Origin: a virus
Length of the DNA: 64,000 nucleotides
Strand: one strand, 5' to 3'
Virus record (IMG/VR): IMGVR_UViG_3300010052_000207
Location: 6,790-70,789 of that record
Below, one piece after another: positions 37,071 through 47,299 of the stretch; position 1 is the stretch's first letter; every line of letters begins with the position of its first letter. The position numbers and the translations under genes are program-made. Under the pieces are notes generated by a model. The model searched no databases and was not told where the DNA came from. It was given only the letters and a program-made list of their open reading frames with translations.

Positions 37071-37370
37071 CTGGGTGGCCAGATCGTCCACCGAACGGAA
37101 AACGAGGTACAGGCCGCCCTGTGCTTCGACCATTCGTTGGTGCTCTTTCTGACCTTTACGTTGCCGTCCTGAGCCGGTTTTGGCCTCGAACTCACCGTGC
37201 CTCCCATGCGGGGGAAGAACGGCGAGAATATCGCCGCTTCCCAGCTTGCCGTACTGGATAAAGCGGCCATCGATCTTGGCTGCCCCTGTCTGGTTCGGCC
37301 ATGCAAAGATGCGATTCATCGCCAGCCATTCGCAGGCTTCCCGAACGAGTTTGGAATGGGCGCTACTCAC
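37029..37370 (-). CDS. VRR-NUC-like nuclease
   Basis: GSGDIL..EFEAKTGSGRQRKGQ..GGLY..RSVDD; GTG start. Confidence 0.85.
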   Translation of the reverse strand: MSSAHSKLVREACEWLAMNRIFAWPNQTGAAKIDGRFIQYGKLGSGDILAVLPPHGRHGEFEAKTGSGRQRKGQKEHQRMVEAQGGLYLVFRSVDDLATQLERALVPLPKLAS

Positions 37371-37534
37371 GCGACCGCCTACCCCTGCTGCTTGATCTCG
37401 CCGTAAACGGCTGTCTCCCACCACCTTCGAGATACCGAGCCGGGTAAACGGTGACCGTCCGGCCTTCTTCGTCGATGTAGGTGCCGATGGGTTCAAGCGG
37501 CGCCTGGTCGTCCTCGATCGGCGTCGTTCCCAAC

Positions 37535-38252
37535 TTACGCATCAGCCAACAGCTCCCTGGCTCGGTTCAGCCGTTCGCGGGCGGCTCGGTATTTCTCGGA
37601 CCTGCTGGGCGTGAAGACGGGGAGGAGCCGGACGGCGTCGTATTCCTGCTGGGCCAGTTCGAACTCCTGCCAGAGTGCGGCATCCCGGTTGTGGGTGAAC
37701 TCGAAGGCCGAGGAAATGAGCATCAAACGCCCCGCTGCTCCTGAGAGGCTGTGTTTGCCTCGATGGCCCGCTTGGTCTCCTCGATGATGAACTTCAGCTT
37801 GGCGGGCCTGCCGTCGAGGAAATAACCCAGCTCCCCTCTGTCCTCAAGCCGCCCGTGAAGCCAGGCGAACGCCTGCACGACCGGGTTGACCGTGGCCTTG
37901 GGTGCCGGGTCGACGAAAACCGGCGGCAATTTCGGCGGGGCAGGCGGCAACGGGCGGGACTTCTTGATGACGACGATCGGCTTGGTCATTCGGGGTCCTT
38001 CGGGTCGTAACTTTTGAGCCGGTCGAGGATTCGGGTGGAGAGTGACTCCACCCGGTACGGCTTTTTTTCGGCTAACCTCATCTCCCTCCGCAGGGTAACG
38101 CCGAGGGCGAGCGCGCCGTCGGAGATGGTCAGGGCTTGAGGGTCGCGGCCGGGGAACATCTCCCCATAAACGGCCCGAACGTCGAACAGGAGCTCTTCAG
38201 CCTCGGTCATAGCGGACGCGCATGCAAAAACACTCCGATAAGGCAGAGCCAC
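37535..38252 (-). other. Three overlapping small hypothetical genes (37535-37726, 37723-37989, 37986-38252)
   Basis: Chained stop/start overlaps. Confidence 0.6.
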
Positions 38253-38325
38253 CAGCTAACGTCGGAGAGCGGGTAGCCGACATGGTGCGCGAGCAGCATC
38301 AGGCCGCAGGTCAGGCCGAGGGCGT

Positions 38326-38499
38326 TCATACCGGCTCCACCACTCGGGCCCACATGGCACCGGCTTTAATGATCGCTACGGCATCTACTGCGTTCCGCTT
38401 GCGGGTGTACGTCTCGCTATGGGCCAGCACCTTGCCGTTACCCGCGACGATGCGGAAGTACCATTCGTTCTTGGCGGCCTTTAGAACTTCAAATTTCAT
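38326..38499 (-). CDS. YegP/DUF1508-family protein, 57 aa (not in ORF track)
   Basis: MKFEVLKAAKNEWYFRIVAGNGKVLAHSETYTRKRNAVDAV matches the family pattern; RBS AGGA. Confidence 0.85.
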   Translation of the reverse strand: MKFEVLKAAKNEWYFRIVAGNGKVLAHSETYTRKRNAVDAVAIIKAGAMWARVVEPV

Positions 38500-38696
38500 T
38501 TCGGTTTCCTCCCTTTATTGCTTCGTTTTGGCGTCCAGCTATTTACGTCATTCAAGCGGTAGACCCGCCTCCCGAGGCAGGCGACAGGCTTCGGTGCATC
38601 GGCTTTAGCGAGATGGTAAGCGAGCAACGAGAGGCCCATGCCCTTCATCGCCGCAATTTCCTTCTGGGTAACATACTGCTCTGTATCAAGTTTCAT
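38496..38696 (-). CDS. Small HTH DNA-binding protein
   Basis: YVTQKEIAAM..APKPV..RVYRLNDVNSW. Confidence 0.7.
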   Translation of the reverse strand: MKLDTEQYVTQKEIAAMKGMGLSLLAYHLAKADAPKPVACLGRRVYRLNDVNSWTPKRSNKGRKPK

Positions 38697-38724
38697 GGTT
38701 TGTTGAAGTAACTTAAATTATCTG

Positions 38725-38753
38725 TTGCGCGAAGCATTATCTTCAGCTACCTT
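38725..38753 (+). promoter_or_regulatory. Promoter TTGCGC-N17-TACCTT
   Basis: Divergent AT-rich intergenic region. Confidence 0.55.
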
Positions 38754-38796
38754 GAACCAACTTAAACGGTTATGCAACAGAATAAGCGAGGCCATT

Positions 38797-39213
38797 ATGG
38801 ACAAAGACCGCCACCGCACCAACTACCGCCCCAGCACCGCCGCCGACGAACTGGACGCCATCGCCGGTCATTTCACCGAGCTGCGTGACCTTCTTCTCGG
38901 TGTTTCGCGCCGTGCTTCCATCGATGACCGCCTGCTTCACGAGTTCGCCGTGATGGAAGAGTCCCTGACCGACGCCCTGCGTCCCGAATGGGAGGCCGCG
39001 TGGGAGGTGCTGGAGAACGCCAGCGAAAAGGATTTGCTGCATGCAGAGATCGTGCAGGAACGTCACCTGCCGCGTTTCTTCACCCGCCCCGATTCGGGTG
39101 CGACCATCTCCGTGGCCGAGTTCCGGTTGATGGAGAAGCGACTGAGCGACGAGCGCCGGAAGAAACTTCGTCCCGTTGCCACGAACCCCGCAACCAAGGA
39201 GTACGGCGAATGA
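38797..39213 (+). CDS. Hypothetical protein
   Basis: RBS GAGG before MDKDRHRT. Confidence 0.65.
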   Translation: MDKDRHRTNYRPSTAADELDAIAGHFTELRDLLLGVSRRASIDDRLLHEFAVMEESLTDALRPEWEAAWEVLENASEKDLLHAEIVQERHLPRFFTRPDSGATISVAEFRLMEKRLSDERRKKLRPVATNPATKEYGE

Positions 39214-40951
39214 AGCGTAAGTTCGTTTTAACGGCTCTTGCCCCAATCACGCCGATCGCGGTAGATGCGGCAAAACACTTCGGGCCAGCGTGGGTTAGCG
39301 CTGAAGCATGGCTGGCGGCACAGAGTATCGCCCTGCTAATGATAGTTTTCACAGGAATAATTGATTACTTGGAGGGGAAATGAAACCGATAACCGCAGGA
39401 ATCCATGGGCTGCTCGCCGCCGGTCTCGCCGTGATGGCGATGAGTGTAACGGCGCCCAAAACGGGCGGGTGGATTGGCACAGCCGTCCATAAGGCGAGGC
39501 CCGCGCTGAGCCGTCCCGTCGCACCGGTGGTGCTCACCAAGGGCGGCTTTGTGATCTACGACAGCCAGAGCCGGGCTGAGACCATTGCACAGTTGTGGAA
39601 CATCACGCCAGCTAACATCAACAGCTACAAGAGGTGGTAATGACGAAGAGATTAAGCATAGGGAAGCGGATTGCGCTGGTTATTGTGTCACCGCTGGTGG
39701 GATTGACGGCTGGATTAACGGTGATGCTGATGATGATCTACGAGGGCGTTTCGGCTGAGTCTCTGATCGAGCGGGACGAACCATGACCGTGCCCTTCACC
39801 CACGGCCAAGAAGTAATGGTCTTCGACCGCCACGGCAACTACGAGTTCCGGGGTAAGGTCATGGGCGTGCATCGCTGCAACCCGTGGCAGTATGACGTGC
39901 AACCTCGTGACGAGGAAAGCCTGGCCCGCCGGGTGTGCGGCCTTCACCACGACAGGCTACGGGCGGTGGGCAAGCCGGTCCTCGCATATGAGAAGAAGGA
40001 AGTCGAGCCCATGCACATAAAGGACGACGCATGAGGCGCACGGCCCGCATCACAACCAAATCGGGCGAGGAGCACCTTATTGACGTGAGTGCCGAGGGTG
40101 GTTTTGCACTTCCATTCACTCTCGCACCAGGCGAGACCTGCACGGTTGATTTTTTGCAGCACGAGGCAAGTCCGGAACACCACGTCAACCGCAAGCAACG
40201 CCGTGCCCACAAGGCGCGCACAAGGAGGGAATCATGAACTTGAAGCATGTTGATGGCTGCGGGCCGGCAAGATGTACCGTTCCCAACCTTCGCGGAGACG
40301 GAAGCTATCTTTGGATCTGTCCAAAGTGCCTTGTGGTCGGCATCGAGTTTGACCAGCAGCCCCGCAACTGGATCGAGCGATGGTGGCTGATAATCCGAGA
40401 TGCCCTCCGGGCGCTCGTTTCCAAACCTCAACTCTGAAAGGACTGACATGCTCCGCATTTTCCACTTCCTCTACGACCTGTACCTGACCCCGCCCGTGCC
40501 CGAAACCGGCAACTACGGCGACGAGCCGGGCGATTACAATCCGTTCGCGTGATGGGAAACATCGTCATTGCCATCGCGGTGTTCACGGCCCTTTACTACC
40601 TCATCATCTTCGAGGTCTTGCTCGCCAGATGACCAAGCGAACCGCCATCCTCACCGGCTATCAAGCCGTTGTCGTCTCGGCACTGCTCGTCGCATCCGTC
40701 GGCCGCCAAGTCGTCGAAGGCCAGCCGATCCTGAGCGGGCTTCTGTTCATGGCCATCGTCTTCTTCGGGGCCGCTATCTGGTTCCCGCTCTGGCTGGTGC
40801 GGTGGAAGTGACCGCCTCACGCCTCATCATGCTGGTGGGCGTCTTGCTCATCGGCGGCTTCGTCTGGTCGTTTCGCCAGCCGGTGCCTGGCATCCACGGG
40901 ACGGCTACGGCGCCGGTGAAGGCGGGCGAGCTGTGGAATTTGAATCCGTAG
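39210..40951 (+). other. Run of about ten very small overlapping genes, many hydrophobic
   Basis: Chained overlaps: 39210-39383, 39380-39640, 39640-39786, 39783-40034, 40031-40237, 40234-40437, 40552-40632, 40629-40811, 40808-40951. Confidence 0.6.
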
Positions 40952-41044
40952 CTTGCGCGAAGCCGGTGTCTGTGCCAGAAAGGACAAAGCCGCCAAGCAC
41001 GGGAATGCTCGACGGCTTTTAACCGCAACGGGAAGGAACCCCGC

Positions 41045-41713
41045 ATGGCTGACGACGAAACTGCCACACTTCATCGGATCGTTCAAGACCGTTACCAATC
41101 AGAGGGCCGAAAGCCGGGAAAGGCCCGCCCACACCGGCCGCAGAAGCCATGCCAGCAGGAGGGCTGCGACGGGTGGGCATGGGCGCAGGGCTACTGCGAC
41201 AATCACTACCAGAAGCTGAAGCGGCTCGGGATCATCAAGTCAAAGCGGATCGTGAACGATCCTGTGGCGCGGTTCAAAGCCAGCTATGCCATCAACCCGG
41301 ACTCGGGCTGCTGGGAGTGGACGGGATGGATTCACCCGAAGGGTTACGGCGTTCTGCCCATCGGTGGGGCCAGCAAGAAGATTCGCGCTCACCGCTTTTC
41401 GTGGGAGCTTCATTGCGGGCCGATTCCGGACGGACTGTTCCCATGCCACAAATGCGACAACCGGAAGTGCGTTAATCCTGACCACCTGTTTTTGGGAGAT
41501 GACGGCGTCAATGTGCGGGACATGGTCATCAAAGGGCGACACGGCGCACGGCCAGGCCAGCCGCGCGACAAAATTTCACCCGCGATGGCGTTGAATATTC
41601 GGGTCATGTTCGCTCGCGGGGATCATTCGATGGTGACCATAGCTGCCATTTATCGCGTCGATCATCGTACAGTTTCGAGCGTGGTTCGGGGTCGTTCGCA
41701 CCTATCCGTGTAG
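41045..41713 (+). CDS. HNH homing endonuclease
   Basis: N-terminal C..GC..GYC..HY motif, CWEWTG, AHRFSW, CHKCDNRKCVNPDHL. Confidence 0.92.
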   Translation: MADDETATLHRIVQDRYQSEGRKPGKARPHRPQKPCQQEGCDGWAWAQGYCDNHYQKLKRLGIIKSKRIVNDPVARFKASYAINPDSGCWEWTGWIHPKGYGVLPIGGASKKIRAHRFSWELHCGPIPDGLFPCHKCDNRKCVNPDHLFLGDDGVNVRDMVIKGRHGARPGQPRDKISPAMALNIRVMFARGDHSMVTIAAIYRVDHRTVSSVVRGRSHLSV

Positions 41714-41852
41714 GCGTGTTCTGGAGGCTGGAACGGGGCAATCGGTCCAATGCTCTCCGAAATGAGGCTTGGGCATCGCCCGGGAGAGACGTCTGAGCTT
41801 CAGTTTCCAGCGGGCCAAGGGACCGCGTTCTTCGCCCTCTTCGCAAAACAGC

Positions 41853-41882
41853 AAAAAGGGCCGAGGATTTCACCCGGCCCTT
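41853..41882 (-). terminator. Intrinsic terminator
   Basis: AAGGGCCG/CGGCCCTT stem with U-tract on the minus strand. Confidence 0.65.
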
Positions 41883-41910
41883 CTGCCTGTCAGCCGGTCA
41901 GCTTACTGGG

Positions 41911-42699
41911 TCACTCGACCTCGATCACCCGCTGGACTCCCGGCTTGCCGTAGACGGCCCCGCCGGTCAGGACACAGAGGTTCGGCAGGATCTGGGCCTC
42001 GCCGGAACCGTGGGTATGCCCGCACAGGACTGTCATCTGCCGGTCGGGGGCGGCGGCCATCGCCTCGCGGAGGGCATCGCCGACCGCCTTGCACGTGAAA
42101 TGGGGCAACCAGTTGTCGTCCGAGATCGCCCCCTCGTGCCAGCATGACTCGCGGAAGGGCGGGACGTGGGTCAGCACGATGATGTGCCGGAACCGCTTCA
42201 AGGCCTCCGGCAGGACCGCCCGGAAGTGGGCCGCTGCTTCGTCCCCGAGGGCGTTGAGCTTCGACAGCCTCCCCTGCTTGCCGAGCACTTGGAACTCCTC
42301 GATCAACCGCCAGTCGTTGAGCTGGACGCCCGATCCCTGGTAGTCGCCCAGCCGACCGTCGCCCCATCCGTCGTGGCCGACCAGGCAGGTGGAATCGGTG
42401 AGGGGCACGATCCCGACGTCGGGCATCCAGATGAGGTTGGGCACGTCGCGGCAGAGCTCACGAACCTCGGCCCGTACGCCAGCGATCGAGCCCCGGTAGA
42501 AGTCGTGGTTGCCGAGGACGAAATAAATCGGCCCCCGGTCCGCGAAGGCCCGTAGGTGGTCCGTCACGTCGTGAGCCTCGCCGATATCGCCGGTGATGGC
42601 GAAGGCGTCGGCCTCGGGTAGCGACTCGAAGAACGCACCCAGCCCGGCATGGCGCAGGAAATTCAGGTGGATGTCGGTGAGCCAGGCGAGGCGGGTCAT
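41911..42699 (-). CDS. Calcineurin-like metallophosphoesterase (CpdA/Icc-like)
   Basis: DIH, GDI, GNHD, THVPP, GHTH motifs all present. Confidence 0.9.
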   Translation of the reverse strand: MTRLAWLTDIHLNFLRHAGLGAFFESLPEADAFAITGDIGEAHDVTDHLRAFADRGPIYFVLGNHDFYRGSIAGVRAEVRELCRDVPNLIWMPDVGIVPLTDSTCLVGHDGWGDGRLGDYQGSGVQLNDWRLIEEFQVLGKQGRLSKLNALGDEAAAHFRAVLPEALKRFRHIIVLTHVPPFRESCWHEGAISDDNWLPHFTCKAVGDALREAMAAAPDRQMTVLCGHTHGSGEAQILPNLCVLTGGAVYGKPGVQRVIEVE

Positions 42700-42986
42700 G
42701 GAGCGGGTTCCTTCGCGGTTTCCTGCGGAGGGTAGGCGGGATCGGCGGGTACTGCAAGCGGTTGATGGGGACGGCCGCTCCGCGCGGCCAGCTCCTCCTC
42801 GTAGAGACTGTAGGCCGTTTGCCGGGTCGTTTCCGGGTCGGGCCAGGTGCCAGCGGCCCGAGCTTCGGTGATGAAGGCTTGCCACGCGCATCCGTGGAAG
42901 AGCTCGTCGAGGATGTCGGCGGTCACGAGCGCCTCTCGGTCCGCGTCTTGTCCGCGAAGCCGAGCTTGGCCAGAAGCTCGCAGCAC
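42696..42986 (-). CDS. Hypothetical protein
   Basis: Overlap chain; start uncertain. Confidence 0.4.
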   Translation of the reverse strand: MLRASGQARLRGQDADREALVTADILDELFHGCAWQAFITEARAAGTWPDPETTRQTAYSLYEEELAARSGRPHQPLAVPADPAYPPQETAKEPAP

Positions 42987-43489
42987 TCCGCCGGGCTCAA
43001 CTTGTCCAGCCTCGCCAGCTCAGCGAACAACTCTGGCACCTCGACGAACGCTTGCCATGCATCACTGAACACCTCAACTCGCGGCGTCGGGTCTGGCAGC
43101 CGTAGCCATCGGATACCAAACTCCCAGCGACAGCCTCCTTCGTCGGCGTACAGTCCGATCATGACCTCCTCTGTTACTTTGTCCGGCAAGGGACACGCCT
43201 CAGCGTACCAGGCTCGACTGTACTGCACGAACCCGTAGGAGAAGCCGTCGGGCGGCTCGCGGGTGATGCGGAGCGCGTCACCATCGGGCCGAAACTCCGT
43301 CAGAGGCCCGTCCCGATCGCATTCGGGGCAGATGGTCAGGCTCCGGTCGTCCCAATGCCAGTCGGAACCGTCGGCAACGTCGGCTCCGTCGTCGGTCACA
43401 TCCAGCCGGACGGTGCCAGTGATGAACAGCCGCTCGTCCTGTCTGCACTTCGGGCAGCGGACACCTTCCAAACAATTCGTGTTCGTCAT
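42923..43489 (-). CDS. Two-domain hypothetical protein with N-terminal CxxC..CxxC zinc ribbon
   Basis: MTNTNCLEGVRCPKC..TICPEC; RBS GGAGGG. Confidence 0.7.
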   Translation of the reverse strand: MTNTNCLEGVRCPKCRQDERLFITGTVRLDVTDDGADVADGSDWHWDDRSLTICPECDRDGPLTEFRPDGDALRITREPPDGFSYGFVQYSRAWYAEACPLPDKVTEEVMIGLYADEGGCRWEFGIRWLRLPDPTPRVEVFSDAWQAFVEVPELFAELARLDKLSPAECCELLAKLGFADKTRTERRS

Positions 43490-43803
43490 GCCACCCTCCC
43501 GGTCGAATCGGCGATGCAGACGCCTCCTCCGGTCTTTCTGGCAAAAAAGCCCTCCACCGCCTCCCACTCGTTGACAAAGGCTTGCATCCAGTCGCAGTGC
43601 TGCTTCCTCCGCGGCTCTTCATAGAGGAGTTCGGAAAGGATTTCGTCCGCGGAAAGGTCAGGCAAGTTATGCGTCTCGCAATAGGTGTTCAGCTTGTTGG
43701 TGAGGGCCACGAGATTCCGCTCAACTTCCTGCTCTGCCGCCGCGATCTCCTCGGGGCTCGCATTGCGTTCCTCGAGTTGCTGCAATGTGGGGCGGGGGGT
43801 CAT
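43486..43803 (-). CDS. Hypothetical protein
   Basis: ATGA overlaps on both sides. Confidence 0.55.
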   Translation of the reverse strand: MTPRPTLQQLEERNASPEEIAAAEQEVERNLVALTNKLNTYCETHNLPDLSADEILSELLYEEPRRKQHCDWMQAFVNEWEAVEGFFARKTGGGVCIADSTGRVA

Positions 43804-44192
43804 GCGGCCCTCCCCGCCTTGTTTTGGGGCACCAGGTCAATAAGCCCGTTGCTCGGGGTGAGGTCAAGCTGCATCCTGATGGTGCCGCATTCGTACTCGG
43901 CGGCGAACCCGATTTTTTGACCGTTGATATCCTCTGCGTCGTAGTTTCTGCGATCGATGGAGGCCCTTGACCGGTGCCTGGCAATCGCCGCTTTCCGCTT
44001 CTCGTGGTGAGCGTTCAGGGCCTCGCATACGGTAATCGCCGCATCGCGGATGTCGTCGTTACCCGCGTCCGGGTCCTCCAAGAGGTCGGACAGGACGTCG
44101 TGGGCTTGGTCCAAGGCATCGTCTTCCAGCACATCGAGAATGCTCGTCGGGTGCTCGGTGGCCTGGTCGGCTGTTTTGTCGTGGTTGTTCAT
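43800..44192 (-). CDS. Hypothetical acidic protein
   Basis: RBS AGGAAGAG before MNNHDK. Confidence 0.55.
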   Translation of the reverse strand: MNNHDKTADQATEHPTSILDVLEDDALDQAHDVLSDLLEDPDAGNDDIRDAAITVCEALNAHHEKRKAAIARHRSRASIDRRNYDAEDINGQKIGFAAEYECGTIRMQLDLTPSNGLIDLVPQNKAGRAA

Positions 44193-44419
44193 GATCTCTC
44201 TTCCTGTCTGCTCTGGGCCCCGTCCATCGGGGCCGTATGGGAATCGACCGAACGTGGCCAGCATGGAGCTTTGGCGTCCGGGCAAGCTGAATTACGGAGG
44301 GGGCCCGCTTGCGGGAGGAACCGTCATTCTGCTTGAGCGGTCATGCGCCGCGTTCAGATTCCCCGGATGCGGCCCGAGTGCGGGGCTGAGAGCGGAGGCG
44401 AGCGAGGCGTGGACGGCGG

Positions 44420-46135
44420 TCATGCCGCGATCCTCGCTGGTTCGAGTCCAAATTGGGCCCTCACCATCGCTGCCGCGTTCGGTGGGCTGACCGAGTTACC
44501 GCACATCCGGACTTGGGCTGTCTTCGTGAGCGGCTTCCCGTCGATCACCGGGTCGATGACGTAGGCGTCGTAAAAGCCCTGGGCTCTGTACAGCTCGCGT
44601 GGCGAGAGCATCCGCAGGCCGATGTCGGCGATCAGGTAGTCCTCGCCCCTGACGGTGACGAGCCCGAACCGGTCCTTGCTCGTGACGGTGTGCAAAGGCT
44701 CCCCCAGCCGCGGGTCCTGATCGGTGCCGAAGTACTTGACCAGGAACGCCCGAACCTCGGCGAGGTGCAGCCCCTGGGCGCTGACGGTTGCCATCGGCTC
44801 CGTCACCGGCTGTCCGTCGCGGCAGGTGCCCCGAAGCTTCACCAGGTTCGAAGTGACGAGGCTGTGGTGATCTGACGACGTGACCGTGCCGATTGGCTGC
44901 CCGACGCCGTGACCAACGACCCCGCCGTAGTGCTTGGCGAGGAACGCGCTCACGAGGGCGTGCTTCGGCCCACCGGCGACGACCGTTCCGAGCGGCCGGC
45001 CGAGGCCGGGCGCGCGCGGGGCCTGGCCGTCGCGTTCGCCGTACCCGACCTCGATAAGGGTCGGGCTGACGAGCGCCGTGTGCGACTCGGCCGTCAGGGT
45101 GGCGTGCGGTTGGTCGGCGGGCCGAGGCTTGCCGGAGTACGACGGGCCGCCTGCCCCCACGAAGTAGGGGGTGCAGAGTGCAAAGTCGCCGGAAGCCGCG
45201 ACTGTCGGAAGTGGCTCGCTGAGTGCGTGCTCGCCGTTGCCCCACCGTCGGCTGTTCGGGCCAGACGAACCGTGGGCGGTTCTGACAATGAACGGCTCGG
45301 GCGAGTCGATGACATACCGCCGGAGGCCCGCCGCTACCCGCCGGAGCGTGTTCTCGGCCAGCGGCTTCTTGCGGTCGAAGATGCTTGGGCACGGGATGGA
45401 CCAGTCGATGCACTCCGCTGCTGTCCGCCACGGCTTCAAATGGCTGCTGAACAAGTCGCCGCCGATTTTCTTCGGGCTGGCGTGCGTCGGCTCTGGCCAC
45501 ACGATCCGTTGGCCGTCGCGCCTGGCGACGATGAACAGCCGCTTGCGGATGGTCGGCGCTGAATAATCGCAGGCTCGCAGTTCCCGCCACTCGACGACGT
45601 AGCCAAGATTACGGAGCTGGGATAACCACCGCTGGAAGGTCTTGCCCTTCCGCTCCGGGCACGGGTATCCCTCGTCATCCAGCGGACCCCAGTCCTGGAA
45701 CTCCTCGACGTTTTCCAGGATAATGACCCGAGGGCCGACGGCCTTGGCCCACTTGACCACGATCCAGGCGAGACCGCGAATCTTCTTGTTAACCGGCTTG
45801 CCGCCCTTGGCCTTCGAGAAGTGCTTGCAGTCGGGGCTGAACCAAGCCAGCCCGACCGAACGACCGGCGCAGGCTTCGACCGGATTCACTTCCCAGACGT
45901 CCTCGCAGTAGTGCTGCGTATCCGGGTGGTTCGCGGCATGCATGGCGATTGCCTCCCGGTCGTGGTTGATCGCGATGTCGGGCGAGCGGCCCAGGGCCAT
46001 TTCGATGCCGAGGGAGGCACCGCCGCCCCCAGCAAAGTTGTCGACGATGATTTCAGATGGGAGGAGGCCGAACGCGATGCCATGGTGAACAGGCTGTTGC
46101 GCGCGGCGTGAAGGCGTGGTAATCGTGTCGGTCAT
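44420..46135 (-). CDS. C5 cytosine DNA methyltransferase, phage type with long variable region
   Basis: DNFAGGGGAS (I), FSPDCKHFS (IV), ILENVEEF (VI), TIRKRLF (VIII), MCGNSV (X). Confidence 0.95.
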   Translation of the reverse strand: MTDTITTPSRRAQQPVHHGIAFGLLPSEIIVDNFAGGGGASLGIEMALGRSPDIAINHDREAIAMHAANHPDTQHYCEDVWEVNPVEACAGRSVGLAWFSPDCKHFSKAKGGKPVNKKIRGLAWIVVKWAKAVGPRVIILENVEEFQDWGPLDDEGYPCPERKGKTFQRWLSQLRNLGYVVEWRELRACDYSAPTIRKRLFIVARRDGQRIVWPEPTHASPKKIGGDLFSSHLKPWRTAAECIDWSIPCPSIFDRKKPLAENTLRRVAAGLRRYVIDSPEPFIVRTAHGSSGPNSRRWGNGEHALSEPLPTVAASGDFALCTPYFVGAGGPSYSGKPRPADQPHATLTAESHTALVSPTLIEVGYGERDGQAPRAPGLGRPLGTVVAGGPKHALVSAFLAKHYGGVVGHGVGQPIGTVTSSDHHSLVTSNLVKLRGTCRDGQPVTEPMATVSAQGLHLAEVRAFLVKYFGTDQDPRLGEPLHTVTSKDRFGLVTVRGEDYLIADIGLRMLSPRELYRAQGFYDAYVIDPVIDGKPLTKTAQVRMCGNSVSPPNAAAMVRAQFGLEPARIAA

Positions 46136-46195
46136 AATCGCTACTCCATTAGCGGTTTAGAGGTGGGGAGGCTGTCGGGCCTCCCCATTTCGTTA

Positions 46196-46969
46196 CTACA
46201 GTTTGCCGTTCCTATCCAGCGGTTTCTCAAAGACAGTGCATACGTCATGAAGACCCGGGATGAAGCTGCTACGATACACCTTCTTGCTGCTGCTGTTCCC
46301 ATGGCTGAACCGGATGATGTCCGTGCAGTGCTGCCGCAGCCCGGCCTCGAAGGCGAGCCGCTTCGTGTGATACACGAGCGGGACGTACCCGGCCTCGCGG
46401 TCCGAGTAGTCGCCCATCAGGATGGCGAACTTTCCGCCCGGCTTGAGGGCCTTTGCCCCGTTGCGGATGAACTGGCCGTAGCGACGCAGGAAGTGGTCGA
46501 GCGTCGGGGATCGCGACAGGTCGCGGAGATCTTCCGAGTAGAGCTTCTGCCGCCAGTAGGCCGGGTGGGCCCAGATGAAGTCGAACATCTGGTCGCCGAA
46601 CCCCTCCGTGGCGCAGGCGTCGAAACCCTGGTGGATATCGTAGGCCATGCACGGGACTCCAAGCTCTTGGCACACATCGGCGCATGTCCCTGACCCGCTC
46701 ATGGGATCGATGATTAGCCCCGGCCGGAAGTAGAGCAGCAGGTCCTTGATGAGGTTGCCGCCGCAGTTGCCGGGCCATTTCCGGCTGCCGTAGTTCCCCG
46801 CCTCGGCAAAGTGGTAGAGGCTGGTCAGGTGCGGCACCGGGCTGCCCGTAATCGGAGCGGCTGGCAGCTTGGCGTAGCCGGTCGGCGCCTTACGCGGGGC
46901 GACCGGTTCGGCGTTGTTGAATGGAAGGGTATGGGTGGAGTAGAGGATGTCGATGGCGGGAGAGGTCAT
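46196..46969 (-). CDS. Amino (N6-A/N4-C) DNA methyltransferase-like protein
   Basis: IIDPMSGSGT SAM motif followed by HPAY variant of the (D/H)PPY catalytic motif. Confidence 0.8.
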   Translation of the reverse strand: MTSPAIDILYSTHTLPFNNAEPVAPRKAPTGYAKLPAAPITGSPVPHLTSLYHFAEAGNYGSRKWPGNCGGNLIKDLLLYFRPGLIIDPMSGSGTCADVCQELGVPCMAYDIHQGFDACATEGFGDQMFDFIWAHPAYWRQKLYSEDLRDLSRSPTLDHFLRRYGQFIRNGAKALKPGGKFAILMGDYSDREAGYVPLVYHTKRLAFEAGLRQHCTDIIRFSHGNSSSKKVYRSSFIPGLHDVCTVFEKPLDRNGKL

Positions 46970-47024
46970 TGTCTGAGTCCTTTCAGTTAGGGGGCGGCCC
47001 CGTCCTGGAGCCGCCCGGTGGTCG

Positions 47025-47291
47025 TCATTTCGCGGTCACGTTGTCGGCTTCGCGTCGGCCCTTGGCGTCAGACCGCTTCTGGAGCTTGATCCAGGCGTAG
47101 GACTCGCGGAGCAGTTCCGACATGGCCAGCAGGTCATCGGCGTTGAGCGAGTCGGTCTCCTTCCAGGTGTCGTCGCCCTGGCGGTACGACCGCTGCGGGT
47201 TGGCGGTGTAGTAAGTGCCTTTATCGGAGGTATTACGCCAGATGGTCACGGAGAGGCTGCCGTCGCGGAACTTGATTGCGGGAGAAGACAT
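47025..47291 (-). CDS. Small SSB/SpoVG-like plasmid protein
   Basis: SLSVTIWRN..RSYRQGDDTWKETDSL..DLL pattern; RBS AAGGA. Confidence 0.65.
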   Translation of the reverse strand: MSSPAIKFRDGSLSVTIWRNTSDKGTYYTANPQRSYRQGDDTWKETDSLNADDLLAMSELLRESYAWIKLQKRSDAKGRREADNVTAK

Positions 47292-47299
47292 TGGATTTT

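Noticed and set aside
46165-46186. GGGGAGGC/GCCTCCCC hairpin as a terminator
   Set aside because: No U-tract on the coding (minus) strand, so not listed as a feature; it may only mark a block junction
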